Positions 51,720 through 63,786 of a stretch of DNA of 64,000 bases are shown here, piece after piece. The stretch lies in the NCBI GenBank assembly GCA_964106915.2, contig OZ066914.1; one strand, given 5' to 3'. The position numbers and the translations under genes were made by a program. Numbering within the stretch: position 1 is the stretch's first letter; every line of letters starts with the position of its first letter. The notes below the pieces were generated by a model that saw nothing but the letters and a program-made list of their open reading frames with translations, did no database searches and was not told where the DNA came from. This stretch comes from Podarcis gaigeae (lineage: Eukaryota).

Positions 51720-53644
51720 TACGTCGTAGCAGATAGAAATGAGGCTAGGTAGGGAGAGCTTTAGGCAGGACAAGGAAATATGCAGTGACCAGGGGAGAAC
51801 TGCAGTGCTGAGAGAGCTACTGATCAGCAGTGGTGAAAAGGAGGCAATGAGCAGGGGATAGGGGAGCAAACGAGAAGGGAAGACTGATGGTCACTGGGAC
51901 CAGGAGGTCTGGTGGCGGCAGTGCCAAATTCTAATATATTGTAACCAAGAGTGTTGTGTGGCCAATATTTCACCCCACTCTTTGTCCCATGGTGTTTAGG
52001 CATACCTCTCAGTGTGCCTGGCATGCTGTTATTTGGGAACATGTTTAAAGCATGTCTGGGACACAATACAGCAAACAAAGCCTGAAGCAAGCAAACAATA
52101 AATATGACTTCCAAGAGAGAGATAACATTGGAAAGGAAAGCCACAACTCTATGCCACCCAGTATTTTACCCCTATCTATGATCTACTCAATGCTCAACAG
52201 GATATTTGTTTATTATTATTTTTTAACCCTCAAGTTTGTAGTGGCAGGGAAGGGAGCCCAGTGAAACAGAACTGGAGTTTTGTGAATAAAAATCATAAGG
52301 TGTCCACCATCATTTTATCCATTTTTATCTTGACGCCAGAAGCCAAAGGTTCTTTGCTTCCACAGTTATTCAAGAAAAGTATTGATATCCCATGTACTAA
52401 AAACTGAAAACTCTTTATGTAGCTTTATAAAGAAAGTGAAAGTAGCACAAATGTTCAGTAGTGTCCTAATATGTAGTTCTCAAAGATGCTATTAGCCTAT
52501 ACAGTACTTTAAATAAAAAGGAACCCATATATGTCCACACAAATACATACACAGTCAAAAGTAGCCTCTTCTGAACCAAAGCCCTTTTTGCGGATAGGTG
52601 TTTTTTTTAGATTTGTCAATCAGCTATACAAAACAGTTACTGTAGGATAGTAACCATGCATAGTTAACCAACCACTTAATCTGTTTTTTAAAAGCTGTTT
52701 TCCTTGCAAAATGGTTTTCTGAAAGTTGTAAAAGAATTTATTCACCAAGAAGCCAGGCAACCTGGAAATGGGTCAGAAAGGAATGTTTCCAGTATATACA
52801 CATTTCCTTCTTTGCATAGGTTAATATTTCACCATACTATAATGCAGTCTTGTGATGCTGTGGTATTTAAAAATTACTTTCCACTACAGTCTCTCTCAAA
52901 CACTTGCTGAATGTTTATTTTTAATATTTTCACATAATCCTTCAAATCTTGCTCAGGTGACGTCACAAGTACTGCTTATGTTAGGATTACTCTTGTAAGG
53001 AAGCTTGGTATAAAATATACAGTGATGAAGGTTCAACTATTAAGAGCCACTAATTGTTTCCCAGCTAAGTGCAAAGCCCTCCCCAACCATTCATAAGTGC
53101 AGTAATATGCAAAACTGGACCCTAAATCAATAGTGCTTTTACTAAAACACAGCCTCAAGAGAAAGCTGATGAAATTGCTGTGTGCCAAACAGGCGATTTG
53201 CCAACTGACTAATCATACAATGGTTAAGGCATGCAAGAAGAGGTTTAGTATTCAGATCCAAAGAAAACACATGGGTATTTGGCAGACCCAGATGGAAAAG
53301 CAAAATGTATACATGTGTGGAGGCTGCCACCTTGGCTAACCCATGTCTCGCAGAATGAAGGACCTTTAGACATAAAATGAGTGTGGTTCTCTAAAACTGG
53401 GTATTAGAAGATGTCTGCCATGTCCCATTAAACTTGCCATGTCCCATTATATACTGCTTTTTGCCTTTCTTTCATCCAGTCATCACATTCTCAAAATTTA
53501 TTGATTCAATATTTTTTTAAAAGGTGAATTTATTTAGGATGGAACAAATCCTCTGCTGTTCAAGTTTAACTTGGTTTAGAACAAACAGCCAGTTATGCAT
53601 ACAAGTACTCATAGGATCATAGAAACAGAGTTGGAAAGGACTCT

Positions 53645-53892
53645 GGAGCCAGGGTGGTGTAGTGGTTAAGAACAGTAGTCTCGTAATCTGGTGAACCAGG
53701 TTCGATTTCCCGCTTCTCCACATGTAGCTGCTAGGTAACCTTGGGCTAGTCACACTTCTCTGAAGTCTCTCAGCCTCAATTACCTCACAGAATGTTTGTT
53801 GCGGGGGAGGAAGGAAAAGGAGATTGTTAGCCTCTTTGAGACTCCTTAGGTTAGTGATAAAGCGGGATATCAAATCCAAATTCTTCTTCTTC
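53645..53892 (+). mobile_element. Squam3-like tRNA SINE, copy 2, abutting a reverse CR1-type tail fragment (53610-53644)
   Basis: High similarity to 14325-14566; B box GGTTCGATTTCC; (CTT)n end. Confidence 0.85.
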
Positions 53893-54956
53893 CGAGGGTA
53901 GCATGTGGCTGCAGTTAGCCCACACTAAATGAACATTCCCAAAAGATGAAATGAAGTTCACCCTGAACATCTGAATTCCATAACAATTCTGATTTCAAGA
54001 GGTTGCCACTTCCATGATGGGTGCCAATCTGAATCCTACACCAGGGGCTGTTGCTAACTGACCATGAAGCCTAATTTGCTTACTTGCGAGGTTAGACTGT
54101 GTCTGGTGTTTATTAAGCCTTCGTTCCAATTTGTTTGTGGAGAGGTTATACGACAAGTATTCATCCTGATTTGCTAGTGTGATGTTTATCTTCCCACTAA
54201 TCATTTGTTCATCCTGCACTTCTCAGTGCACTTCCCTGTTACTTTTCTAACCACAAGTCCAAAGGGTTCTCAATAACTGGATTGCCACAATTAATAAAAA
54301 AAAATCAGCTGGGTGGATAACCAAGTGGTTCTTGTCTATTTCAAACTTCCAATTAAGATGAAAGAAGGAGTCCCAACTCCCATTAAAAGCCCTGTTTGCT
54401 AAATTTTATGCAAATAAAAACCACTCAACCACTGGGGGATTCAGTCAATGATTTAAATTGCTGCAGAATCAGTTGCTGGACTCCTTTTTTTTTTTTACCC
54501 GCTTTGCTTAAAAGGATGAGACCTAATTACTGTAAAAGAACAGTCTGCTATATTGCTATATGCCTGTGAATAGGCACAGCTGCTAGGAAACCGCTGATTT
54601 GGATATAGGAGGCAGTCTCTGTATTGATCACTAGCTGCTACCAATTACACCCATTGAAACCATGAACAGCCATCAGTGCCATTTTTCAGGCACATCAGCC
54701 CACTCTTGCACAACATTATCTGTTCTTCAGTGAACCGGTAGCTTGATTTCCAATAAAACGTCCTAATATTATCCAAGCAAATAATATTTCTGGATACTTT
54801 TCCCCATCAGTACAGAAATGATTAGCTTGGCAGCTAAACATATACCACCATGATTAGATGGTTCATTTCACCACTTAGTTATAACATATTAGGTCCATCC
54901 TATTACACCAGCCACACTGGGGACACCGCAGTGCAATTCCTTTCCCAAAACAGATA

Positions 54957-55163
54957 CAGTGGTACCTCGGGTTAAGTACTTAATTCGTTCCGGACGTCTG
55001 TTCTTAACCTGAAACTGTTCTTAACCTGAAGCACCACTTTAGCTAATGGGGCCTCCTGCTGCCGTCGCACCGCCGGAGCACGATTTCTGTTCTTATCCTG
55101 AAGCACTATTTCTGGGTTAGTGGAGTCTGTAAGCTGAAGCGTATGTAACTCGAGGTACCACTG
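54957..55163 (+). mobile_element. pogo/Tigger-like MITE, copy 3, internally deleted
   Basis: TIRs CAGTGGTACCTCG/CGAGGTACCACTG, TA flanks. Confidence 0.9.
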
Positions 55164-57548
55164 TAGAGAGAAGTCATATTGCACTACATCAACGAGACCA
55201 CACCAGTATCAACCTGACCTGAAACTGATGCAACTCTCTTACAATGCATGGGGGAGTTCTCATCTTATCCAGCTGCATGAGAAGCAGCTACAATTGTAGC
55301 AAGTCTCACTTCACTCGTATAATGTAAGAAACATGCCTAATGAGGGTATGCCAAATTAGTAATGGTATTCAATTCTACTAGAAATAGGTATGTTACATGG
55401 CTGTGACAATTAGGATGCCCAACATTTACAGGAACACTATCTGATTTATTCTAAGATATACTATTCTATCCTAAGGTAACTTTATGAAGTTCTCAGAAGA
55501 GAAGTTTCCTGTCCCCTTTTACCTCGACCAGGCCCCTGAGCCCCATCTGGCATTAAAAAGGCAACATTGGGTTGGATACAATGGGCCAGATTCAGTTCTC
55601 CTGGAGAAGTAAATGTATGATTTTTGTTGGTCAGAGTTGATTGTGTGGCACATACCCCAGTTCCTTATTTTGATATAAATGGGCTATTATTGGAATGGGA
55701 GCACTGTGCTTGAAGGGTTTTGTTCTGTCAATAGATCACTTCCTGTTTGTTTGGTGCATAGACTATTCCCTTCTCAGAACGTACATGGAGCCTTCAGCAA
55801 CCTCATGGGTCTTTGCAGACCCTACAGAAGGATGGGCTTGCAGTGCTGGGAGTGCCTGGCCCTATAATAAGACTAGCCTGAAAAATGAGGGTAGAACAAA
55901 AGCATTTTACATCAAGCTGGATGTTGCAAATTTTAGTATATTTTATGCTAGTATGATTGTTTTCTCAAAATGTATACTCTTTTGCAATTATTTTAAACTT
56001 TCCAATCTTTACTTGAATAGTGTTCCAGTATGCAGCATCTGTTGAGTCTTTCGCTCAGAAGTTATTTTAGAAAACTGCAAAATTGCGTAAGAAAAGTTGG
56101 TGTCGTTTTTGTAATACCAGCCATGCTTAATTTCTATATTGAGCAGAAGTGAATCTAAACTAAGTACTTAGAAAGGGGGAGAAGGGCTTCTAGAGCCCAA
56201 TTACATGTGGTTACACAACATAGAAAAGAAAAGTCACTCTATGTGTGCCCAGAGGCCCTCCCTATTATTTCAGACTCAAGTTTCAGGGATTGAAAATGCT
56301 TTCTGCGGCTAAGTCTTGGCGATTTGGGTTTTAAATTAATCCTGAATGCCCAGCTATTTTAAATGAACACTTTCTGTTACCTCAACAATTCCTTAATTGT
56401 ACCTGGAATAAAAAAAACCTAAGAATAATTTAGGGGCTACGATCAAAATTTCGCAAATCCTGAAAATTGTGCATATTTTGTGTTCAGACATATCTGAAGC
56501 TAATGTGGCATACAAATACAGCGAAGCCCAGCTTGCTTGAATAGCAGTTAATATGCAATGATATCGCCTCGGGGTACTGTTAACACAGACCTCTCACTCT
56601 CTCACCCTTTACAAAGAGCTATTAATAGTTACTAAAGGATTTTTTGTTTTGCTTTTTAAACAGTATCACATTAGAAAAAGCTAGCGAGACAGGGCTGCAG
56701 AATTCAGAAGCTCATCTAGCATCTTAGAAAGAAAATGGGACTGGGCACCGGCATCCAGGTTGCAAGGAAATTGGTTTCTGCTCCTTTCTGACTCCTAGAA
56801 AATCTGTCTAACTCCCAGATTTTGCACCTCTGCCAGTGGATATTCCAAATTAACATATTTGGCAAGCATGAACTACTTCAGATCATTCTGCTTCTAAATA
56901 GATAACACTTCACCACTATAAAACCAAGCCCTTCTGGAGCAAGCACAACAAGCGATGAATCCAGTTTTCCTCCCAACTTTCAGCTACTAGAAGGACTGAG
57001 ACTATACACAAACATTAATCTTTCAATCAGTACTTTTTCACAACAATTAAGCACCTAAAACAATATACAAGATTACTATTGGACAACATTCATCTCAAAG
57101 ATTTCAGAGAAATGCAAGTAACATAATCCATAGGCAAAATACAAGGACTCCACATCACTTCTCTTAATTGTTTTGTAGCATGTGCATTTCTTTGAACTCT
57201 TGGCTATTTTTTAAGATGAACTTAGCATTTATGTTCACCTACGAAAACTTTAAAAGTTATGATACTTTGAAGCACCAAACAGAAGAACCAGAAATAGGTC
57301 TTTCATCTGATGTAGGGGATTTTTGCCCTTGCCAGCTTCTAGAACCATTTGGGCATTCTTGCTGCAAATATAATTATATTTATCACACACACATCAATAG
57401 CTATCATTTGTATTTTTTTAAAAAAAGAAAAATGTGTGCAGTAAAATAAAAGACACATTCTAACATCCTGTGTAGTTAGGCCCCATAGGGCGGGTGCTAA
57501 TCTGAAAAACACTTGAAAATAATCAGAATACACTAATCTCAAAGGTAT

Positions 57549-57841
57549 GAGCATCTCCACCTCCATCGTTCTGCCTGGACACTGAGGTCCAGTGTCGAGG
57601 GCCTTCTGGCGGTTCCCTCGCTGCAAGAAGCCAAGTTACAGGGAACCAGGCAGAGGGCCTTCTTGGTTGTGGCGCCCACCCTGTGGAATGCCCTCCCACC
57701 AGATGTCAAAGAGAAAAATAACTACCAAACTTTTAGAAGACATCAGAAGGCAGCCCTGTTTAGGGAAGCTTTTAATTTTAGTGTTTCGTTGGAAGCCGCC
57801 CAGAGTGGCTGGGGAAATCCAGCCAGATGGGTGGGGTATAA

Positions 57842-57888
<47 letters not shown>

Positions 57889-57894
57889 CATTAT
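57549..57894 (+). mobile_element. L2-clade LINE 3' end with (TTA)n tail
   Basis: Peptide VVAPTLWNALPPDVKEKNNYQTFRRHQKAALFREAF; inverted sister of 4783-5184. Confidence 0.85.
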
Positions 57895-58332
57895 TTGTGA
57901 CACACTGCTCTCTAATGCTCAGTTAATCAAATGGAAAGCAACTTAAGGTTACTTTAAAACTTACTTATACTGTGACCCTTTCAGATATACTTCAGTAAAT
58001 GCCATTATTGTTTTCTATGGCCTCACTCAGTAAGATGTGAACATGGGAATGGATTTGTAAACAATGTATGTTTTTTTTAATTGCACACTGCCAGTCACAG
58101 AGCTCTCAACTCCGATAGCAACACAACATAATCCTTAGTTATAGGATTGTTGAGACTCATTAGCTCCTAACACCTGCATTAGTCAGGCATAGAAAAGATG
58201 TGCTCACCTAAAGGAAAAACTAAAAGCAGCAACTCAGAGACAAGATGAAGATAATTATTTCCGGGTGTGCAAAGTAAGCAAATAATCCTTAATTTATAGA
58301 AAGCAATGCACTTTTTTCTGCTGAGATACAAA

Positions 58333-58496
58333 ATCTCTGTGGCACACTGGGTTAATGCATCTGGCTGTTAACCAGAAGGTTTGTGGTTCGAGCCCACCCA
58401 GGGATGGCTGTGGGCAGGAATCCTGCATTGTAGGGGGTTGGACTGGAAGCCCCTCAGGGTCCCTTCCAACTCTACAATTCTAGGATTCTCTGATTG
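58333..58496 (+). mobile_element. SINE: full-length tRNA-Asn(GTT)-derived head (58333-58406) + CR1-type tail
   Basis: 61/74 nt ungapped identity to the remembered vertebrate tRNA-Asn-GTT, anticodon loop CTGTTAA; tail ggggttggactgg...gggtcccttccaactctacaattctaggattctctgatt. Confidence 0.85.
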
Positions 58497-60898
58497 CTGA
58501 CACGATATGACAAACAAGCAAAGGTGATTCTTTCCCTTTTTCATATATGTCCAAGTCAACAAGAGTGTCTTAATGAAATCTGTGGATCACAATCAAAGAG
58601 CACGGATTTTTTTTAAAAAATTGTTTTCAACAGTTGGTCCCCAGTTTCCTTCCCCACTAGAGACTTACAGATATCCAAATATGAGTACCCCTTCAGAATG
58701 TTTGCAATATATACTTCTCTGAATTCAATTTAAGGTCTCAAAGTTATCAGAAGGTAGGGCAGTTTAATATAAGATGCTCTGGGAGCCTTTTCAGCTGAAG
58801 AATGGGGGTAAAAATCTTTGAAATAAGTCAACAAATACATTAATGCATGGGGTTTTCCCCATTTGGTCCTCAAAGGAGCCCTGTAAAGCACACTAAACAG
58901 AGAAACCTCAGTGTCACCAAGAGAGGATGGTGACTGAACAAGGATGCAAAGCCAAGTCTGTAATAACGTCCCACTTCATAATAATGTTGAGAAGACAAAC
59001 AAATTCATTACTGCTTCTTAATAGCTATTTCAGCCCATCAAGTTTGGCCCGTCTCACACACATTTCAACTTCACATTTTATTTTTCCTATAATTTCTACA
59101 GCAAATAAATACTTAGCATTTGCAATATGCTTCAGAGTATTTAAAGGACCTCACATTAAACACATCAGTAATTCATATTTTCCTTTATTCCTACTTTTTA
59201 ACTGCATCTGTAATTGTGATTCACAGGAATACTTATCTCAATAATGAGTGAAACACTGTCATCTTGTATGGTTTATTCTTTCTTTTTTACAGTTAGATTG
59301 TTAAGGGCTAGCAGCACTATCTTATAGGCGCTTCCTCAGCAGTCCGGTAAAGTGTTCACAGAATGAAAATATGTATCACACACATATTTTTACTATTAAT
59401 AATATTAATAATTAAATAATGTCAAAGACTTCACATGTCAAGAAGGCCAAGTTTGCACAGTGACCTTTCGCTTCAAAAAAGTTGCAAATTGCTTCAGTTG
59501 GGCCTGTATTGTTTGAAACGCTAACACATAGTTGGCCCACATACAGCCAAAATTGTGTTACCGTTGGAGCTGCCCCATGGCTAGCCAGTTAGCCTTCTAC
59601 AAGACAGAGGTGGAACAGAGTAGCAAGAGAATCATTACCAGGCCCAGAGCTCTTTTTGTGCCAGGTTCACTTGGGATTCCCAGCACGACAAGAAATTTAA
59701 GCTCTCAACCTTGCTTCTCAGGCAAGGCCCACTCGGCATGCCGGCTCAGAGTTAGGGAATATCACTTGGGGTTACCTGAGTGAATTCAAGTTGATGAGGG
59801 GAAACCCGTGCTATGAATGCATTCCAAATCACATTTTGATCTGAGAAGAACCAAGAGACTAGGGATGTCATCCAGAAGGGCAACAAGATAAACACTCCCC
59901 CAGCACTGCTTCCCCAGTCAAGTAAGCAATCCACTCTGCAGCTGCTCTGAAGCACAGAAAGCAATGTCAAAAGATCTGATGACTGGTTTCAGCATTACAA
60001 CTTGTTTGGCTGCAAGAGCAAATTTATTTCTACCTTAAAATGGATGGACAGCACTTACAAAGTGATTGTGTTTGTTGTAATTTCCATAACCATGAAAAGC
60101 TTCATCCACTAATTTATGAAGTCTACACAGATTAATTCATGCATATTACACTGTTGTTGGAGGCACAAAAGCAGGGCAGAACCATTTTCTTCCAGCTAGT
60201 TGACAAATCATGGTATTTTCCTCTCTCCCACTGACAACTGTGCTAAGAGGAGAACATCTGGGTCAAAGTAGGAATGAAGAGAGGCACCTTTACATAGAGC
60301 ATTCATGATGCCACCGTGGGCTGTGCTTAGAACCTTATGAACACTCGTTTTAACTGTGCATCAGTTGCGGGGCTTCAGAGGAAATCTTCAGACCTTTCTC
60401 ATGATACATTAGCATGTATTTTGATTTTAATGTTGTTATTAAACATGATACCAGGATGGACATCACAGATGAAGTCAAAAACAGAACCACGAAGAGCAAT
60501 TACAAGTCCTATAAAAAGGCATGCTAAATTTCTATCAGTTATGAGCTATTTGCTTTGAAAATCTGGTTTGTCACATCTGACAATCCCACAGTAATTTTTG
60601 CTGACCCACTGTCCCATAACTCTGAGAAGCCTGGAACTAAAAATGCAATTGTGCCTGGCAAATACAAATCCCCAAGCAAAGTATAATCATCTTAAGTAAA
60701 CTACTGTCAGGCAAAAGTCCTACACATCAAACAGTTCCCACAATGTCTTGTGCTGTTATCTAGCAGAAAAGTCCCACAATGGCTCCATATTCACGCACAT
60801 TAGGAGACCACACAGCTTCTATTTACTTCCACAGGTGATCATTTGGCGAGAAACGTATGCAGTCAATCCTTTGGGTTACATTACTTGCGTATAAAATA

Positions 60899-61151
60899 CA
60901 GTGGACGCTCTGGTTGCGAATGTGATCCATGTGGGATGCACGTTTGCAACCCACAGCGTTCGCAACCTGCAGCGGCACGTCTGTGCATGTGCGGGTTGAG
61001 ATTCTGCGCATGCGCAAAGCGTGATTTAGCGCTTCTGCGCATGCGCAACCACCGAAACCTGGAAGTAACCCATTCCGGTACTTCCGGGTTTCGGCGGTCC
61101 GTAACCCAAAAAAAACGCAACCTGAAGCGTCTGTAACGTGAGGTAAGACTG
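60899..61151 (+). mobile_element. pogo/Tigger-like MITE, second family
   Basis: TA|CAGTGGACGCTC ... GAGGTAAGACTG|TA, with cgcaacc repeats. Confidence 0.8.
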
Positions 61152-61572
61152 TACTAAATTGAAACTTATGCTTAATGAACTTTGAAACAAGGATATTATC
61201 CAGAGCTGAAAGTTATTTTAAATAAATTATATTTACAAGCTTTCTGTTTGGACAATTTTGACATTAAATGCTGAAAAGGAACTAGGTGCAGCAAGACCAT
61301 CTCGGCTGTGAATCCTGGAAGACCTGCTCCCTGCCTTGCTTGTGAGGGCAGGGCCTGACTGACTCCAGCTACAAAAGCTTAGGCTGCTGAACAAACACTT
61401 GAGCTGGGGGACTGTTGGGGAGGTTGTTGTTGCTGTTTGGTTTTTTTGTGTCTTTGTTTTAGATCTTGATGCAATTTATAGAATTCTCTCCCCATGGAGG
61501 TGCAACAACTTTTACCTTTTGAAGCTTCCAACCACAGGTGGAAATGTATGCATTTACTTAGCCTTTATTTAT

Positions 61573-61694
61573 ATAGAATTGTAGAGTTGGAAGGGACCAC
61601 AAGGGCCCTGTGATGCAGGAATCTTTTACCCAATGTGGGCTCAAACCCACAACTCTCAAGTTAAGTCTCATTTTCTACCAACTGAACTGTCCCA
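61573..61694 (-). mobile_element. SINE: tRNA-Lys-like head + CR1-type tail with an internal deletion
   Basis: Minus strand agttcagttggtagaaaatgagacttaacttgagagttgtgggtttgagcccacattggg resembles tRNA-Lys-CTT, then attcctgcat...ggtcccttccaactctacaattctat. Confidence 0.7.
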
Positions 61695-62340
61695 GGACTT
61701 TTGGCATAACTGATTAGATTGCCCAAGGTTATGGAAATCAGGGATTATATCATCTACTAAAAATTTTGTTATGTTACTATAATCATTGTTTTGTTGCTGA
61801 TTTTATATTTTTAACTTAGTTTTATTAATTGTTTCATTAACTGCCTTGAGATCAATTCTGAAGAACAGCAATAAAATAAGCAAATCGAAACAGAGAAAGC
61901 TGCCTATGAGGGTAGATTGCTCTATTAAGTATTTTTTTAGTTTAATTTCCGTCTATCATCCATCACCCATCATTATACCAGGGACAGATGCCAATGTCAT
62001 TCAGCTTCCAAACCAAATAACCGTTTCATCATTCCAAGCAACCTAGAATCCAAAGATAGACGATATTCCTCTGAGAATATATAAATACAATTTAATGGCT
62101 GCTGTGTTATTAAAGAACAAAAACAAAAACAAGCCCCTCAAAGGATTTTAGATAATGTCAAAATAGCAACAGCTTCAGAACTAAAAAAAGTAAAAAAAAA
62201 AGTTAACAAACAGGACAACTGCCAGTTCAGCCACTCAGACCATGGTGACAGTGTATATTATCCATTGTTTTTCTATGGCAAGGATAAGAACTTGAATAAA
62301 CATGCAGCACTGCCAGCTCATGGAGGAAGCACACTGACAG

Positions 62341-62528
62341 GAAGAACACAGGACACTATCTTACAGAAGATCAGACTATTTGCCCATCTAACCCAGTATT
62401 GTCTACTCTGACTGGCAGCACCTTGCCAACGTTTCAGACAGGAGACTATCCTATCATCTCCATGTCTCTTTCTAACAAGAGAACCTGGGACCTTCAACAT
62501 GCAAAGCATCCCCAACTGATAAGCACAC
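62341..62528 (-). mobile_element. Old tRNA-headed SINE, same family as 23745-23918
   Basis: ccagtattgtctactctgactggcagca...gaacctgggaccttcaacatgcaaagca. Confidence 0.65.
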
Positions 62529-63360
62529 ATGATTGAAGCGGAATGGTGTAGCCCATCAGGGCAAGGCCAAAACAAACTTACGGCTGTGATAAAGGATAGA
62601 ATGGCACTACCATCGTTCCACAATGGACTAGAAGTTGAATCTTCCAGGTTAACTATGGGGTGCAGGATGGGCCATGTGGCACACACATCTCTATCTTCCA
62701 ACAGTCAAGGTGCTCCTGCATATATCCAGGGAGCCTCCAAGCACCTATGGCCTGAAACAATGGCCTCACTTTGTCTAAAGGTAGGACCAGCCTCACAGTC
62801 AATACACACATAACTTCCACACAAAGGAGCAGAACAAAGTATTGCCACTACTCTATGTTATTTTGCCCTCTTTTCCTGATAATGTGTGCTAGAACATGTG
62901 CAATGTGACACACATAGTGTATAGTGCATTTCCCTACACTTGACAGCAAATGACTTTAAGGAGGTGCAAGGAGGGGAGAGTAGCACAACGAGGTCACACC
63001 TGGCATGGTTTCAACATTATACAATGCCAAACTACCGTTTAGCATGAAGGAGCCAAGTGTGCTGGTGTACGTTTTGAAAATCGTGGCCACTTTGGTCCTC
63101 TTACAGTCCTCCTGCTGCTGCACTACCAAGAACATTGCTTCTGAAGTCAGGCTCATGCTTGGTCTCACTCCAAACAAACCACAAGCTGTAACCAAGATTT
63201 GTTTGTGGCTCGCCACTCATGCTTTGTTTGGAGCTAGACATACATGATCCCAGATTTGGATGTAATGCTAAACCAAGTCATGGTTTGGCTTGGCTCCTAG
63301 TAGTGAGGCAGCGATCAGTGGCCACAGTCTTCACCCTGTGTACCAAGAAACTTGCTTTGC

Positions 63361-63786
63361 CTAGGGCAGGGCCTGATGGGCCGTATAAGAACTGCTGCTT
63401 CTACTGATGCTGCTACCCAGGAGGACTCCCCTGCTGAGCGCCTGTGGGCCCCAGTCCTGCCACTCACCACCTGGTCTAGGGAGGGGCCTGACAGGCCTAT
63501 AAGAACTGCTGCCGCTGGGCAGAGAGGGCTCTGTTTTTTGTGCGTGTGTTCTTTAAATTGCTGTTATTTTTTACCTATGCCATTTTAAACTGTGATATTA
63601 ATGCTGTATTCTTAGTTTTTGATTTTAATTTATGTGAACATTGTTTTCCAGTTGGTTGTGTATTTTTATGTGGTTTATTTATTGTTTATGACTTTTGTAA
63701 TTATATAAATCGTGTCATGTTGTAAGCCGCCTTGAGCATTGTTTTTAACTGTGGAAAGGCAGCATACAAATAAAATGATGATGATG
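63361..63786 (+). mobile_element. Retroposon 3' end with L2-type terminus, (ATG)n tail and an internal ~38-bp direct repeat
   Basis: T-rich 3' region then tgtaagccgccttgag...aaggcagcatacaaataaaatgatgatg; ctaggg..gggcctga..ggcc.tataagaactgctgc at 63361 and 63476. Confidence 0.6.

Noticed and set aside
51207-51869. Longest ORF (220 aa, minus strand)
   Set aside because: Low-complexity L/S/P/F composition from purine-rich DNA on the opposite strand; it runs through a DNA-transposon end and shows no recognisable domain.
54280-54700. Candidate conserved enhancer (ATGCAAAT octamer, TAAT motifs); similar TE-free blocks at 23230-23520 and 34620-34760
   Set aside because: Short motifs are expected by chance in AT-rich DNA, and conservation cannot be judged from one sequence.
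58333-58406. Functional tRNA-Asn gene
   Set aside because: Fused to a CR1-type tail, no oligo-T terminator directly after it, and mismatches in the D and T stems; better explained as a SINE head.
62530-62700. Possible LF-SINE or other ancient repeat remnant
   Set aside because: Only scattered short similarities from memory; not supportable without an HMM search.
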